Shown here one piece after another: positions 12,822-63,558 of a stretch of DNA of 64,000 nucleotides. A program made the position numbers and the translations under genes. The stretch lies in NCBI GenBank assembly GCA_951406725.2, contig OX597816.1, forward strand, positions 180,420,001 through 180,484,000, read 5' to 3'. How positions within the stretch are numbered: position 1 is the stretch's first letter; every line of letters begins with the position of its first letter. This stretch comes from Octopus vulgaris. Taxonomy: Eukaryota. A model generated the notes under the pieces. That model saw only the letters and a program-made list of their open reading frames with translations. It was not told the DNA's origin and made no database searches.

Positions 12822-13773
12822 TTAGATTGACAAACAGTAGGTTTGTGGGGTTTTTTTAATATATATATTGTTTTCTTTCCTTTTTTAACCATGATTGCTA
12901 TATTTGAGCAGCTGTAATCAATTATTTATTCTTGAATAAATTTTTTAACTTTTTCAATAATAAATTTGCTCTTTATATAGCTTGTATCATCCTCTTTACT
13001 GTCTTTGACTGATTTTAGTGATTAGACTGCAGCTACATCGTGATAACACTGTCATATCAACCCCTGTGCTTATCTTAATCTGATATTTACTTAATCTTTT
13101 TTCATGAAGATAAGTTGATGGAGTCCTGTTTGGAGGAGATGCAGTTCTTGATGAGAAACTGCATCTTCTCCAACTTATATTTACTGTTTGACATAAAAGG
13201 TTTGTGCATGCATCAATACTGCTACAGACAGGTACACAGTGACACAGTCAAACTGACGTGGTTCACTGACTCAGTTAAACCAACTCACAGAAACTAAACT
13301 TAAATAGCCTTTACTGATTAGCTTAAACTGAATCCAAATATCCTTAACTAAATTTAGCTGAAGTCCAATATCCTTAACTTACAAGGTTGAACTGAACTCA
13401 GATGAGATTTTTGTCATTACAAAAAGTGATTTCTTTTACCTTATCATGCCTATTTAATCTAAAAGCCTTCACTTGACTGTATTGGGATCTGAGAAGAATA
13501 AGCTATCAAAACTGTTTCACTAAACTAATAATTAACTCCAGTGGCTGCTGGTGAGGAGTTGTTTGTTGTTATTTTCATGAATGTGTTTCCATCATTTATT
13601 AAAGTATTTATATTCATCAACATTCATTGTCATGTTTGTCGTCATGAACATTCTTATTCATTATCAACCCCCTACCACTGCTATCATCAATTTTCATCAC
13701 CATCATCATCATTAGCATTCACTGTCATATTTCTCATCATCTTTATTCATTGTCAACATCACTATCCCACCAT

Positions 13774-13839
13774 CAGCATCGTTGTTCATTAGCATCGTTG
13801 TTCATTAGCATCGTTGTTCATTAGCATCGTTGTTCATTA
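13774..13839. repeat. 16-bp tandem repeat AGCATCGTTGTTCATT x4
   Basis: Direct. Confidence 0.9.
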
Positions 13840-13872
13840 TCTTCGTTACTCCCATCACCATTATGGTAATAG

Positions 13873-14276
13873 CTCTTTTACTCTTTTACTTGTTTCAGTC
13901 ATTTGACTGCGGCCATGCTGGAGCACCGCCTTTAGTCGATCAAATCGACCCCGGGACTTATTCTTTGTAAGCCCAGTACTTATTTTATTGGTCTCTTTTG
14001 CCGAACCACTAAGTGACAGGGACATAAATACACCAGCATCGGTTGTCAAGCAATGCTAGGGGGACAAACACAGACACACAAACACACACACACACACATA
14101 TATATATACATATATACGACAGGCTTCTTTCAGTTTCCATCTACCAAATCCACTCACAAGGCATTGGTCGGCCCGGGGCTATAGCAGAAGACACTTGCCC
14201 AAGATGCCACACAGTGGGACTGAACCCGGAACCATGTGGTTGGTAAGCAAGCTACTTACCACACAGCCACTCCTGT
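13873..14276 (-). mobile_element. tRNA-derived SINE, full length
   Basis: Reverse complement of the 56837-57239 copy; (AAAAGAGT)n tail. Confidence 0.9.
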
Positions 14277-14894
14277 GCCTATTTATTTTTTTTAAAAATG
14301 CTGCTGTAATTAGTAAATCTTCCATTCACCCTACTTTCCTCTTTCCTCAATTGTTTTATAAATCAAAAACACTTCACTGCTATTGTAACAAGAAGTTTGA
14401 TTATATATCTTTGATATCTCTGAATCATGCTCATTTCTTTCTTCTTCACTTGTAGATTCTGAAATGCAACTCCCAGCCTTAGCTAGCGTTCTCCCCATGT
14501 CCTTCCCACTTGTTTTCAGTCGACAGCTTGCCCCCAAAATATATTGTTACCTCATACTGAGCACTTCTTTATCCCCTTTTGTTGTATTCTTGGTTGCTTT
14601 TATGTTTGTACCACTTCTATCTTCATTCTTTCATTTGCTTATACGTCTCACCATCGATACTGTCATTCAACAAATTCAGTATAACACCTAAGTCTCCTTC
14701 AAATCATGCACTGCTACCTTAAGAAAGAACACATTGGACAATGTGCTTAATTCAATTACAAACCGAAAGATTCTAAATTTTATTTTCTGTCTGTCTCAGT
14801 ACATTGTTTGCTTTGATTTAGAAATTCTTATTTTTGTAGTCTTCAAGGAACACCAATTTTCCAGTTGCTGCAGAGATAATTATTATTATTGTTT

Positions 14895-15520
14895 TTATGG
14901 CAGCAAGCTGGCCGAATTATTTGCAAGCTGGATGAAATGCTCAGCAGTATTTCACCTGTCACTACATTCTAAATTCTGCTGAGGTCGACTTTCATCATTT
15001 CAGCATCGATAAATTAAGTACCAGTGAAACACTGGGGTCAATGTAATTGGCTGGTTCCCTCCCCCAAAATTTGAAGCCTTGTTTCTCTGGTAGAAAGTAT
15101 TATTATTACTTTCATTGTTTTTTTTTATTTCATTATATACAAACCTCCCGTACTTTATGTCTATCCTTTTATTGTCCACTTCATTCTTTACCCTGGTGTA
15201 TGTTCTGAGTTCAAATTCTGCCAAGGTTGACTTTGTCTTTCATAAGTACCAGTTGAATACTGGGGTTAATGTAAATGATCCCCCCCACAACTTGTTGGCC
15301 TAGTGCCAGAATTTGAAACCATTATCATCATCATCATCATCGTTTTTATTGCAATGAATTGGCAAGAGAGTTTATTTGTTCAGAGTTTTACATTCTGAGT
15401 TCAAATTCCACCAAGGACAGCTTTATCTTCCATTCTTTGAGAAGTATTGGGGTCAATATAATCAACTGTTTCCTCTCTACCAAAATTTCAGGCCTAATGC
15501 CTATGTAAGAAATCCTTATT
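14895..15520 (+). mobile_element. Cluster of three older CORE/MIR-like SINE fragments
   Basis: Recurrent GAGTTCAAATTC..C.A.G....CTTT...AAGTACCAG....ACTGGGGT motif, also at ~44105-44300. Confidence 0.6.
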
Positions 15521-17221
15521 ATTATTATTGACTACTCTTATGACGCAAGAATATTCTGCATAACAATTTTTTTAGTTTATCTTAAAAGTTGTTTCCATTG
15601 AATATTTACTGTTATGAAGTGAATCTAAAAAGCTGAAATCATTGTATCTAACCCAGTATTTGTTTTGTCTGTATGTGTAGTTACTGATATGTGTATTATT
15701 TATATATATCATATATATATATATTAGTATATATGTCCTTTTTTGCTGTAATCGGGTATTTGCTGTCAATTAATTATGTTTAATTATAAACTATACGCAT
15801 CACTTAAACTTGTTTAAATTTCCATTTGAGTGATTTTATATGATTTTGACAAATTTCTAAAAACTGTGTCAGGAAAATGTTTGTTTAACTTGCCTGTTTA
15901 TAAAAGTTGTATTTAAATCTGAATTAAAAATTTAGTTTTTGGACTGTTAAACATTATCTCCTGGGAGTATATTTTCAATATTTATTCTAACACTGTGGTT
16001 TGAGCAGTTAGATATTTTCTCATCATCAGGTGTCCAAACTGGATTTCAAATTACAAACATATAGTCCACGAAGCCACCAGTGCATCTATTTGAGACCATA
16101 TAAATATTCAGAAATAAGATACCTGATAAAAATTGAAGATTTTACTGTTTTTGATGCCAGCCCAGCTGAGAACACTGCCACACCATCATTCTACAATACA
16201 AACATTTTGTTTTAAAGTGAACTTAATTTTAAAATTCCAACAAAATTTCATGTTATTAGTTTTTGTTCTAAACGCCAGCTTAATACTGATAAAATTATTT
16301 TTACTAAATTCTTCATTATTTTCAAAAATAATTGAAGTAAAGGCAGTGGATTTCAACAGCAATATGATAACAAAACGGTTAAACTGATCAAAAGATTGTG
16401 TAGCTATAGATATCATAAATACACATTCTAAAGATGAGATTAAAAGTTGGGAAAATTATAATCTAAATTACAAGAGCTCATCAGATATTAAATCAGGATG
16501 CTGGTAATTTTTGTATAAGGATAAAAAAAAAAAATTTGTGTGCGTGTATGTGTGAATTAAAAAGTTTTTTTTTTCTTTTTTAGTTTTCCTGATGGTATTG
16601 ATCATATTTTTGAATAACTTTCAATCTTCCTTCTTGTCTAGAAAGCCTAAAATATAGAATTTATGGTAGTCTGGACCAACTTACAACTTTATTGCATTAA
16701 TAGTGTATATTGTATCTGTTCAAGTTTAGTATTTAGTCTTTCTGAAATTCTGAAATATTCTTTTAGTTTTAATTGACTCCATGACTGTTTATTTTCTGTT
16801 TTGCCTAGTAATTTTCTCAATAATTGTGTATAAGTCTTGTAATTAACTAAATGATTATTAGTTTTGAATACATAAGACTCTACCTCCAACATACTACACA
16901 CATATTTCGGAAAGCATTATGCAATTATATAACTTTGGTTTAATGTTAATTAAATTCATTATCTTCCAATCAAATGGCTATAAGGAAATCTCTCAATAGG
17001 GAAAAATTCAATGAAGTAAAATTCTTAATTGTAAATGAGTGTCCTTTGAAAGATCAATCAAATATGGTTTTATAGCCATTTTATTTCATCATTCTGCTAC
17101 TAAGAAAGCAATGTGAGTTCTTCAGTGAAATAAGAAACAAATGAACGAATTGTATTGCTACAGCCTTAACAAAAATGAAGTTGGTGTATGGGAAGATTTG
17201 TAGATAAATTTAGGTATACTA

Positions 17222-17377
17222 GGCGTAGGAGAGGTTTGCTTACGAACCACATGGTTCCAGGTTGAGTCCCACTGCATGGCACCTTGCGCAAGTGTCTTCT
17301 ACTATAGCCTCAGGCTGACCAAAGCCTTGTGAGTGGATTTGGTAAACGGAAGCTGAAAGAAACCCATTGTATATATG

Positions 17378-17410
<33 letters not shown>

Positions 17411-17626
17411 ATATGTTTGTGTCTGTGTTTGTCCCCCCAACATCGCTTGACAACCGACGGTGGTGTGTTTGTATCCCCGCAACTTAGTGGTTTGGCAAAA
17501 GAGCCCTACAGAATAAGTACTAGGCTTACAAAGAATAAGTCCTGAGTTTGACTTGCTCGACTAAAGGCAGTGCTCCATCATGGCCACAGTCACATGACTG
17601 AAACGAGTAAAAGAGTAATGAGTAAT
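17222..17626 (+). mobile_element. tRNA-derived SINE
   Basis: Same family head, body and tail. Confidence 0.85.
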
Positions 17627-18967
17627 GTTTAAGCAACTTAGTTTAACTTATAGTCAGCATTTTTACTATATTCTCTGAAGCCAAATAATAACATGTAGTT
17701 ATATCATTAAATAGCTAAAGCATGAATTGTAAGATGTTTTCTCCTCAAATTTATAATGGAAAGGTTTTTGATATTTTTTGGATCCTATCTGTATTTTCAT
17801 TCTTCTTACCCTAATGCCCTTAACATATATTGAAGGCTACGTTTCACAGTCAGTCTTTGGTACTTACTTGCTGTTTAATGCATTTAGCATATGCTATTTC
17901 TTGAATTATTATATTGAAAATTATCTTGTGCTACTAAATACAAACATCTGCCTAAAAAAGATATTAATTTCTTAACCTTACAGATGGTTTAGATATGTGT
18001 TGACAGCTGTGTTGAAACTGCTTCCAATCTTGATTCTCGTAAGAGAATCATGCTAACTAGATTATATCTGAAGATATCATCACTAATAACAACTACCTTG
18101 TCATCAGTAGTGTCATTACCAAGAAACAGATTTAGTGCAGTTGAGAGAATGAGCTGTAAGGAGAGACTGTAACTGAATCATCATAGAAGGTCTGCTGCTG
18201 GAGACAAAGTATAACAGATGTATAACAGATGTTATACTGCTTACATCTGCAACTGATTGACTAACTTGTGATTTTTCCAGCTGCAGTAATTAGGTCTACA
18301 ATTTAACTTCTGATTTGTTATATATTTGAACAACTCATTGCTTGACCCAGAAAAAAAAAATGAACCTTCTACATCTGGAAAAAGTTTAAGGATTGTGCTC
18401 TATTCAGGAACACACTTGTCTCATTCATTTGATGTTCCATTAAAACTGTAAAATATAAATAATGATATTCTTTTATTTAGGTACATGCCTCTATTTTTTA
18501 AAGAGTAGATAAGTTGTAGTTACTTAACTGAACATCACTATATTGCTGCCTGGTATTTTATTAACATCTTCCTAGGTACCATAAGATGTATGTCACACCT
18601 CTTGGTAATTGAAATCAGGAATGTGAGACATCAACGTTTGTGCAACTCTCTAGATATAAATAACTCAGGCGGAATATTACTGGTATGAGAGATTCTTGAA
18701 CTGAACTTAGAACTGTGTGATAGTGAAGCATAATTTGTTATGGTTATGTTCAAAGTTCCCTTGATATTACTGGTATGTGAGCCTAGTATACAACCAATAC
18801 TTTATACACTTCAGGAAGATGCAGAATGCTTAAATTCTAGCTGATACTCATAAGGTTTAAAATAAATTTAAAAAATGGACCCTGGGCTTTGAAATTAGAA
18901 GAAGGCTTTCAGCAAGCCTCCACCACCACCATCATCATCATCATCATCATGTTTTAATTTTTTTTAT

Positions 18968-19165
18968 TTTTACTTGTTTCAATCATTTGACTGTGGCCAT
19001 GCTGGGGCACTACCTTGAAGAATTCTTAGTCAAGGGAATCAGCCCCAATACTTATTTTTAAGACCGGTACTTATTCTACCAGTTCTTTTGCTGAACCATT
19101 AAGTTACAGGGATGTAAACAAACCCTTACCAGCTGTCAAGTGATGGTGGGAAACAAACATAGATA
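18968..19165 (-). mobile_element. SINE 3' half, diverged
   Basis: Homologous to 13873-14080. Confidence 0.7.
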
Positions 19166-20021
19166 CATATGTATATACAGGTATGTGTGTGTGTGCACAC
19201 GTGCATGCATGCGTGTGTATATATAGATGTAGATAGATATAAATAAAAAATACACATTAAGTACAGGACCAAATAGCAAAAGAAGTCTAACTCCTCCTCA
19301 GTTGTTGACTGTTTATTGCTTCCTTTTTTGAGCTTTCAACAACAAGATAAGAAAACTTCATGAGACAGCAGCAACCAGAAATGTTTTAAATATAAAATTT
19401 GTGGAGAGTTAGGACAAACATTAAGGGCCGTTTGGCCATGACATTATAATGGGTAATGCCTGGGAGAAATTTTGAAAGGATATAGAAAAAATAAAAGAGA
19501 AGAAAATTGTAGAAGAGAAAAATGTGGAGATGCAAGAGAAATGATGTCCAGCAAGGGGGACGTCCGAAAAGAGAGAGGTAAGAGAAATGATGTCCAGCAA
19601 GGAGGACATCCGAAAAGAGAGAGGTAAGAGAAATGAGTTGTAGTCATGTGTGAGCAAACAGGCAGAGGGGATGAGGGAAAGAAACAAAGGGAATGAGGAG
19701 AAAGGAGAGGGAATGAAGGATAGTAGGAAGTGGAAGAAAGACAGGGGGACAGCAAAGAACAAGGGGAGGAAATGGAAAATAAAAAGGATTATTGAGGGAT
19801 GGAGCGAAAAAAGAAAATAGTGTGGTGTCGCAGAAATTATAAATAAATGTAAGAACTTACGGTAGACAAGACTATATTCAATTATAAATAAATAAAGAAA
19901 ATACACATTAAGTATAGGACATTAACCAATGAGCAAAAGACATGTAAACACATGAGGTAAGTACAGGACAAGATACCAAAAAAATACATGTGTGTGCGTG
20001 TATATATATATATATATATAT

Positions 20022-22449
20022 CTCATTGACAAATGACAGTGACCTTCTCTTCGTGGCAGGTGATTTCAATGGACATGTTGGACGACATGTCAGGGGCTTC
20101 CATGGCATCCATGGAGGCCACGGTTTTGGCTCTCGAAATGAGGAGGGAACCAGGCTGCTGGAGTTCTGCGATGCAAATGACCTTATGGTCTGCAATACCC
20201 ACTTCAGGAAACCCACCTCTCACCTAGTCACCTACCGTTCTGGCAGACACACCAGCCAGATTGACTACATCCTTGCCAGAAAAAGGGAAAGAGGGCTGAT
20301 TATAAATGCCAAAACCTTCCCAGGCGAAGAATGTACTCCCCAACATAGATTAGTAGTTAGCGACTTCAGGATCAGAGCTAAATGGTCGCCCAGAAGAAGA
20401 CCAGCTTGGAGGAGAAGGGTCTGGAAGCTTAAAGATCCTGCAAATGCACAGAGATTTAGAGACATACTACTCGAAGCCTCTGACGAAATAGAAGGGGATA
20501 TAGCTTCACTTAATGTGGAAGACAACTGGAGATTCCTACGGGACAATCTGCTGACAGCTACTGACCAGATCTGTGGATGGAGCAAAGTACCATCTCGACT
20601 CAGAGTAACATGGTGGTGGAACACGGTGGTTGACGGGGCTATTAGACAAAAGAGACAGGCTTGGAAGGACTGGAAGAACGGTGGTAGCAGGGAATTGTAT
20701 CAGACAGCCAAAAGGGAAGCTAGGAGACAGGTTTATATAGCCAGAGGGGAAGCGGATAAGAAAAAATTTGCCAATGTTCTGAGCCGTGAGGATGAAAGAC
20801 TTGAGGTATTTCGTGTTGCAAGACAGTATGTGAGAGAGAATCGTGATGTGGTAGGAGAGAAGTGTGTTCGCATGGATGATGGTTCACTTGCGCTAAATGA
20901 GGATGCAAAGAGAGAGGTTTGGAGATGCCACTATGAAAGTTTGCTGAATAAAGAAAATGAATGGGATAAAGAGAGTCTACCAAATGTTGACCCAACAGAG
21001 GGACCAGCTATCCGAGTTGATAGTTCCGTGGTAGCTAAGGCAATTAGAAGCATGAAGACAGGGAAAGCCCCAGGCCCATCAGGAATTACTGCAGAGATGC
21101 TCAAAATATCTGGCAGTGTCGGCTATAACCTAGTCACCCGTATAGTCAACCAGGTGATACACGAAGGAGTCATACCCAATGACTGGTGTAGCAGCATACT
21201 AGTCAACTGCTACAAAGGTAAAGGTGATGCCCTGGATACAAATAATTACAGAGGTATCAAGCTGTTGGATCAGGTAATGAAGGTTACGGAGAGGGTCTTA
21301 GCCCAACTAATTAGAGAGAGAGTTAGTTTAGATGAGATGCAGTTTGGGTTTGTCCCAGGGAAAAGCACCACTGATGCTATAGGGGCCTTAGAGTCAACCT
21401 AGCTAAAACCAAAGTACTAATAAGTAGAAAGGTAGAAAACCCACAAATATCATCAGGAAGATGGCCCTGCTCGATCTGTAGAAAAGGTGTAGGTAGAAAC
21501 TCTATAAGATGTACCCAGTGTAAGCTATGGACACATAAGAGGTGCAGCAATGTCAAAGGTAGGCTAACTGGGAAGATAGTTTTTGTATGTGGCAGGTGCT
21601 CTGGAGCACTGACCTCCGAAAATCTGCAGAAAACAACTTCTGTCACTTTCCGGGGGAAAAACTAGAAGTAGTTGATAGTTTCCGCTATCTAGGTGACCAA
21701 GTCAGTAGTGGGGGTGGGTGCGCTGAAAGTGTAACTGCTAGAATAAGAATAGCCTGGGCAAAGTTTAGGGAGCTCTTACCTCTGCTGGTGACTAAAGGCC
21801 TCTCGCTCAGAGTAAAAGGCAGACTGTATGATGCATGTGTACGAACAGCTATGCTACATGGCAGTGAAACATGGGCCGTGAACCAAATCAAAATAGATGA
21901 ACATCAATGGAATTTGTATCCTTGTGGTACCAGTGCCGGTGGCACATAAGAAAACCATCCGAACGTGACCGTAGCCAGTACCGCAATGACTGGCCTCCGT
22001 GCTGAGGGCACGTAACAAACACCATCCGAGCGTGGCCGTCCGCCAGCCTCGTCTAGCACCTGTGTCGGTGACACATAAGAAAACACCATCCGAGCGTGGC
22101 CGTCTGCCAGCCTCGTCTGGCACCTGTGTCGGTGGCACATAAAAAACACCATCCGAGCGTGGCCGTCTGCCAGCCTCGTCTGGCACCTGTGTCGGTGGCA
22201 CATAAAAAACACCATCCGAGCGTGGCCGTCTGCCAGCCTCGTCTGGCACCTGTGTCGGTGGCACATAAAATCACCCACTACACTCTCGGAGTGGTTGGCG
22301 TTAGGAAGGGCATCCAGCTGTAGAAACACTGCCACATCTGACTGGCCTGGTGCAGCCTTCGGGCTTCCCAGACCCCAGTTGAACCGTCCAACCCATGCTA
22401 GCATGGAAAGCGGACGTTAAACGATGATGATGATGATGATGATGATGAT
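20022..22449 (+). mobile_element. RTE-type LINE, 5'-truncated and internally deleted: APE endonuclease, N-terminal RT, Cys-rich region, 3' repeats and (GAT)n tail
   Basis: AGDFNGHVG, SQIDYIL, QHRLVV (APE); KAPGPSG, NYRGIKLL, QFGFVPGKSTTDAI (RT); jump to GLRVNLAKTKVL, CSICRKGVG...CTQCKLWTHKRC, FRYLGD, YDACVRTAMLHGSETW. Confidence 0.93.
21950..22268 (+). repeat. 63-bp tandem repeat, about 5 copies, before the RTE 3' tail
   Basis: Unit AAAAAACACCATCCGAGCGTGGCCGTCTGCCAGCCTCGTCTGGCACCTGTGTCGGTGGCACAT; 21-aa periodicity in the overlapping ORFs. Confidence 0.95.
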
Positions 22450-22454
22450 ATATA

Positions 22455-22790
22455 ACGGGAAGCTTTATGAAAGTAGACAAAAGACGAAGGCAGGTGGAAA
22501 ACAAACGAACAATTGTATTAGTATGGCGCTCAGGAAATATAAATAAAACAAGTCTTTAACGTTTCGAGCCTACGCTCTTCAACAGAAAGATACACAGAGA
22601 GAAAAAAAACACAGAAAGAAGGAGAGAAAAAAAATGCGTGCAGTAGCTAACGAATCAACATGGCGATCTGATTTCGGCCAGAGGTCAAAGATCAAACATG
22701 AGACGCGAGAGCGAAATAAGGGGAATGTGGAAAGCATGAAATGAATGTAAAAAAAGTGGTAATATAAGAGAAAATAAAAATACAACAAAC
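22455..22790 (-). mobile_element. Probable Penelope-type terminal repeat fragment with a hammerhead-like motif
   Basis: Minus strand TCTTTCTGTTGAAGAGCGTAGGCTCGAAACGTTAAAGA; no coding remnant here, so family is inferred from the motif. Confidence 0.45.
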
Positions 22791-22879
22791 GGGACAGTTT
22801 ATGCGAACAAGTTCAAGGTTGAAAGTTCAAGGTGAGAAAGGTGTAGACGTCGTGGTATATTTTTTAATATGTATGTATG

Positions 22880-23090
22880 TGCGTTTATCTGTGTTTGTCT
22901 CCCACCATCACTTTGCAACTGATGCTGGTGTGTTTACGTCCCCGTAACTTAGTGATTCAGCTAAAAAGAGACCAATAGAATAAGTACTAGGCTTACAAAG
23001 AATAGGTTCTGGTGTCTATTTGTTTGACTAAAGGCAGTGCTCCAGCATGGACGCAGTCAAATGACTGAAACAAATAAAAGTGTAAAAGAA
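22880..23090 (+). mobile_element. SINE 3' half
   Basis: Homologous to 57020-57239. Confidence 0.8.
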
Positions 23091-26014
23091 TGTAGAAATA
23101 TATATATATATATATATATATACAATAAGTTCATTATTATTATTATTATGTAACTTATACTCAACCTTTCAGACAGATCAACATTACATACCCAACAGAT
23201 CATCCTCACTTCGTTCCTATCCAGTCTCTGCAAATCTTGAACTACTAATCCTAAGGTCTCATTACCATAATTCCATAAAAGTCTTTCCAGGGATACGATA
23301 TTCAAAATCCATGTCAAGATATTACTCTAATAATCTATAGCATATTGTTTATATCAATTCTTTTGTGATTACCATAAGTTCTTTTAGTGAAGTGTACGAG
23401 GGGAAAGATCTAAGGAAAGTTCTTGTGCTCCCCACCAAACAAAAAAATGTTATTTCAATATTTTTTTTCTTATTTCTTTGTATTCTAATTTCTTTATTTC
23501 TTCAAATTTTCTTTAATTTCTTTATTTTTTTGTGAAGATAGGGGCAGAAATTTTCACTTAAATATCTGATAGCTAAAATATAGCAAATTTGTTTTCCTTT
23601 TTTTAATTTCTCTTTGGTGATATTTTGTCATCTTTCTTTTCTTTTTTTCCCATCATCTTCAAATCATATTGTTGTTGTTGTTAGTAGTAGTTGCAGTAGT
23701 AGTAGTAGTAGTAGTAGTAGTAGTTAATCATTTTATTTTTCCTGGTAACAATTAGATCTTGTGTTGCTGACAGGAGTAACCTGCTGGGGAATCTCTCTCT
23801 CTCTGTCTCAATGTTTATGTATGTGTGTATAGTGTGTATGTATGTATATATATATATGTGTGTGTCTGTATGGAGAGAGAGAAAGAGAAATATTCTTATC
23901 TAGTTAATTTGTCTCTTTGTCTCATTTTCCTTCCCATACAGTCTCTCTCCCCCCACCTCCACCCTTTCTCACCACTCTCAACAACCTCTTTATTATTTTC
24001 TTTTTAGTCTCTCCTTTCTCTAGACTCTGTCCTTCTCTCTCCTCTGATCCACCGCCACAATCAATGATAATGTTTTCTATTCAAACTGCCATCCTATTAC
24101 ACTGTCTTATGATAGGATGATTACATTATAATATAGAAAATAAAACCTTACTTGGACTGAAGCCATATTCTTTCACCTCACCCTTGGGTTATAGACAAAT
24201 ATTCTGCTCTTTAAATTTGATATATATGGAAATAAAAATAAAGATTCATTAACTTGAATCCTACTTAGTTTGTTATTTACATCCTCTGTTATCTTGGAAG
24301 ATTCCATTAATGAACAAGGAAAATATTCATGCTATTTTTTTTGGCTTTTTTTTTCAGAGCAACTGTCTCTCTTTCTTTTCATTTTTTTTTTTTTACAAAT
24401 GTTTCTGCATTTGTTGTTAAGAATTTTGAATCTTTCTCTTTGATGTGTTGTCTTTTGTCTCTGAAACTTGTATTATCATAAGAAGCTAGTATTATCATAA
24501 GAATGAAATCTAGGTCATTTCTTTGTTTCTGCTGCTTTTATTTTTTTTCTTGTATTGTTTGTCTGGCTTTCTCTGTACCAACTGAAGACTATTGAGAGTG
24601 CCTTGTTGTTGTGTGCCAGTGAAATAGAGGCAATAAATGCAAAGGAATTGCAGTAGTTTGGGGAGAAATGAATGTAGGGGCCAAAGTCTATGCATAGGAG
24701 AACCTGAAAGAAATGGTTTACTAAATTAAGGGACTGAAGAAGTAGCTGAATAGGAAAGACTTCGGTGTGTGACGCAACTGTTTTGGCTGATGTATTGTCC
24801 CAGGTTAGCTTCAATCTACAGGATTCCAGTCATGACAGTTCTACCTCACTTTTACAGACCACATTATTCAACAGTTTAGTGGTGTTTAGGAGGGATTTGC
24901 CGATGTACAGAAGGCTAATCTTTCTATGTTGATTTCTTGAGATGGCAGGCCTAACCACAGTGGCTGCAAGAGTAATTCACCTCTGACTTCCAATACATGG
25001 GTCACACACACATCATTCAGCAAAATCTTGGACAGGTAAAGATACTCCACCCTAGAAACATGCTCTCTCTACTGCAGCTGCAATATTAGCCTCAATGCTG
25101 GTGGGTTTTACTTATTCATGAACATCAGTATTGGTAACAAAATCACTTTAGTGGTTGTTGAAAATTGTGTGGAAACACTCAAGTAGTTGTATGTAATAAT
25201 GGTATGCAACCTGTGATTTGGAGCTGTGCCTTTTCTTTGATTCCTGCTGCTCTAGGCATTTTTTGTAACATTTAAATACAAGGAAACAGGAAAGAAGAAA
25301 CATAAGAAAGAAAAAGAAAGGACAAAAATGTGGGGGTGGATAAGGCAGTAGAAGATGGAGTGGGAAGAGACGATGGGTCACATACCCCAGAATAAATGAG
25401 GTGCTCAGCCACACCCTGCAGTAATGACCATGATGGTGTTACTGTGGAGAATGGCCAGTGACACTTGCTGCCGCAGCCACTTCACCTCATGGGGCTCATT
25501 TCTCTCTGACAGGCAGCTGTTATCCCTATTTTGTGGAAGAAACTGTTAGTATGGGATCCAAGAGTGTTTTCAACCTTTGTCAATGTGCTATTGACCTCTT
25601 TGCTGATCTTGCCATATGACCTTTTTCACAGTTTCCATCTACCAAATTCCACTCAGTATTAGTCAATTCAAGATTATGGTGGTAGACAATTGCCCAAAGT
25701 GTCATGCAGTAGGCTTGAGCCTTAACTACATTGTTTTGAAACAAATTGTTTAACTACACAATCATGCCTTTTTTTAACTTATAGTGTTGAGTTCAGGTCA
25801 TCCTGAGATCTTAACCTGTCATTGAATGGGGTTGGGTAGTATAAAAATATTTACACTATTGCCCTAGTTGTTTTTATTTTTTTATTTTGTGTAAGAATGT
25901 AGGCCAGTGTTTGTAGCTTTGAAGAGCCCCCTGCCCTAGCTGACTCAGTTAATGCCAAAAGTTACTCTCTGTAAATGAAACATTACATTTTCATACTTTA
26001 TTTGTTTTTTCCAG

Positions 26015-63558
<37,544 letters not shown>

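Noticed and set aside
16030-16215. FKLQTYS after an AG, resembling PKC C1B FKIHTY
   Set aside because: Lacks the C1 Cys/His pattern and runs into a stop with no suitable donor; likely chance.
19421-19906. Hydrophobic 161-aa ORF resembling a membrane protein
   Set aside because: Antisense of a GA-rich low-complexity tract with a short tandem duplication.
19990-21402. 470-aa ORF as a host gene (CFDP2-like)
   Set aside because: It is RTE ORF2; the start lies in a microsatellite and the RT core (YADD region) is deleted.
21950-22268. CRISPR array
   Set aside because: Contiguous tandem units without unique spacers; part of a retroelement 3' end in eukaryotic DNA.
24550-25520. Possible LINE endonuclease/ORF1 relic
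   Set aside because: No motif clear enough to support a call.
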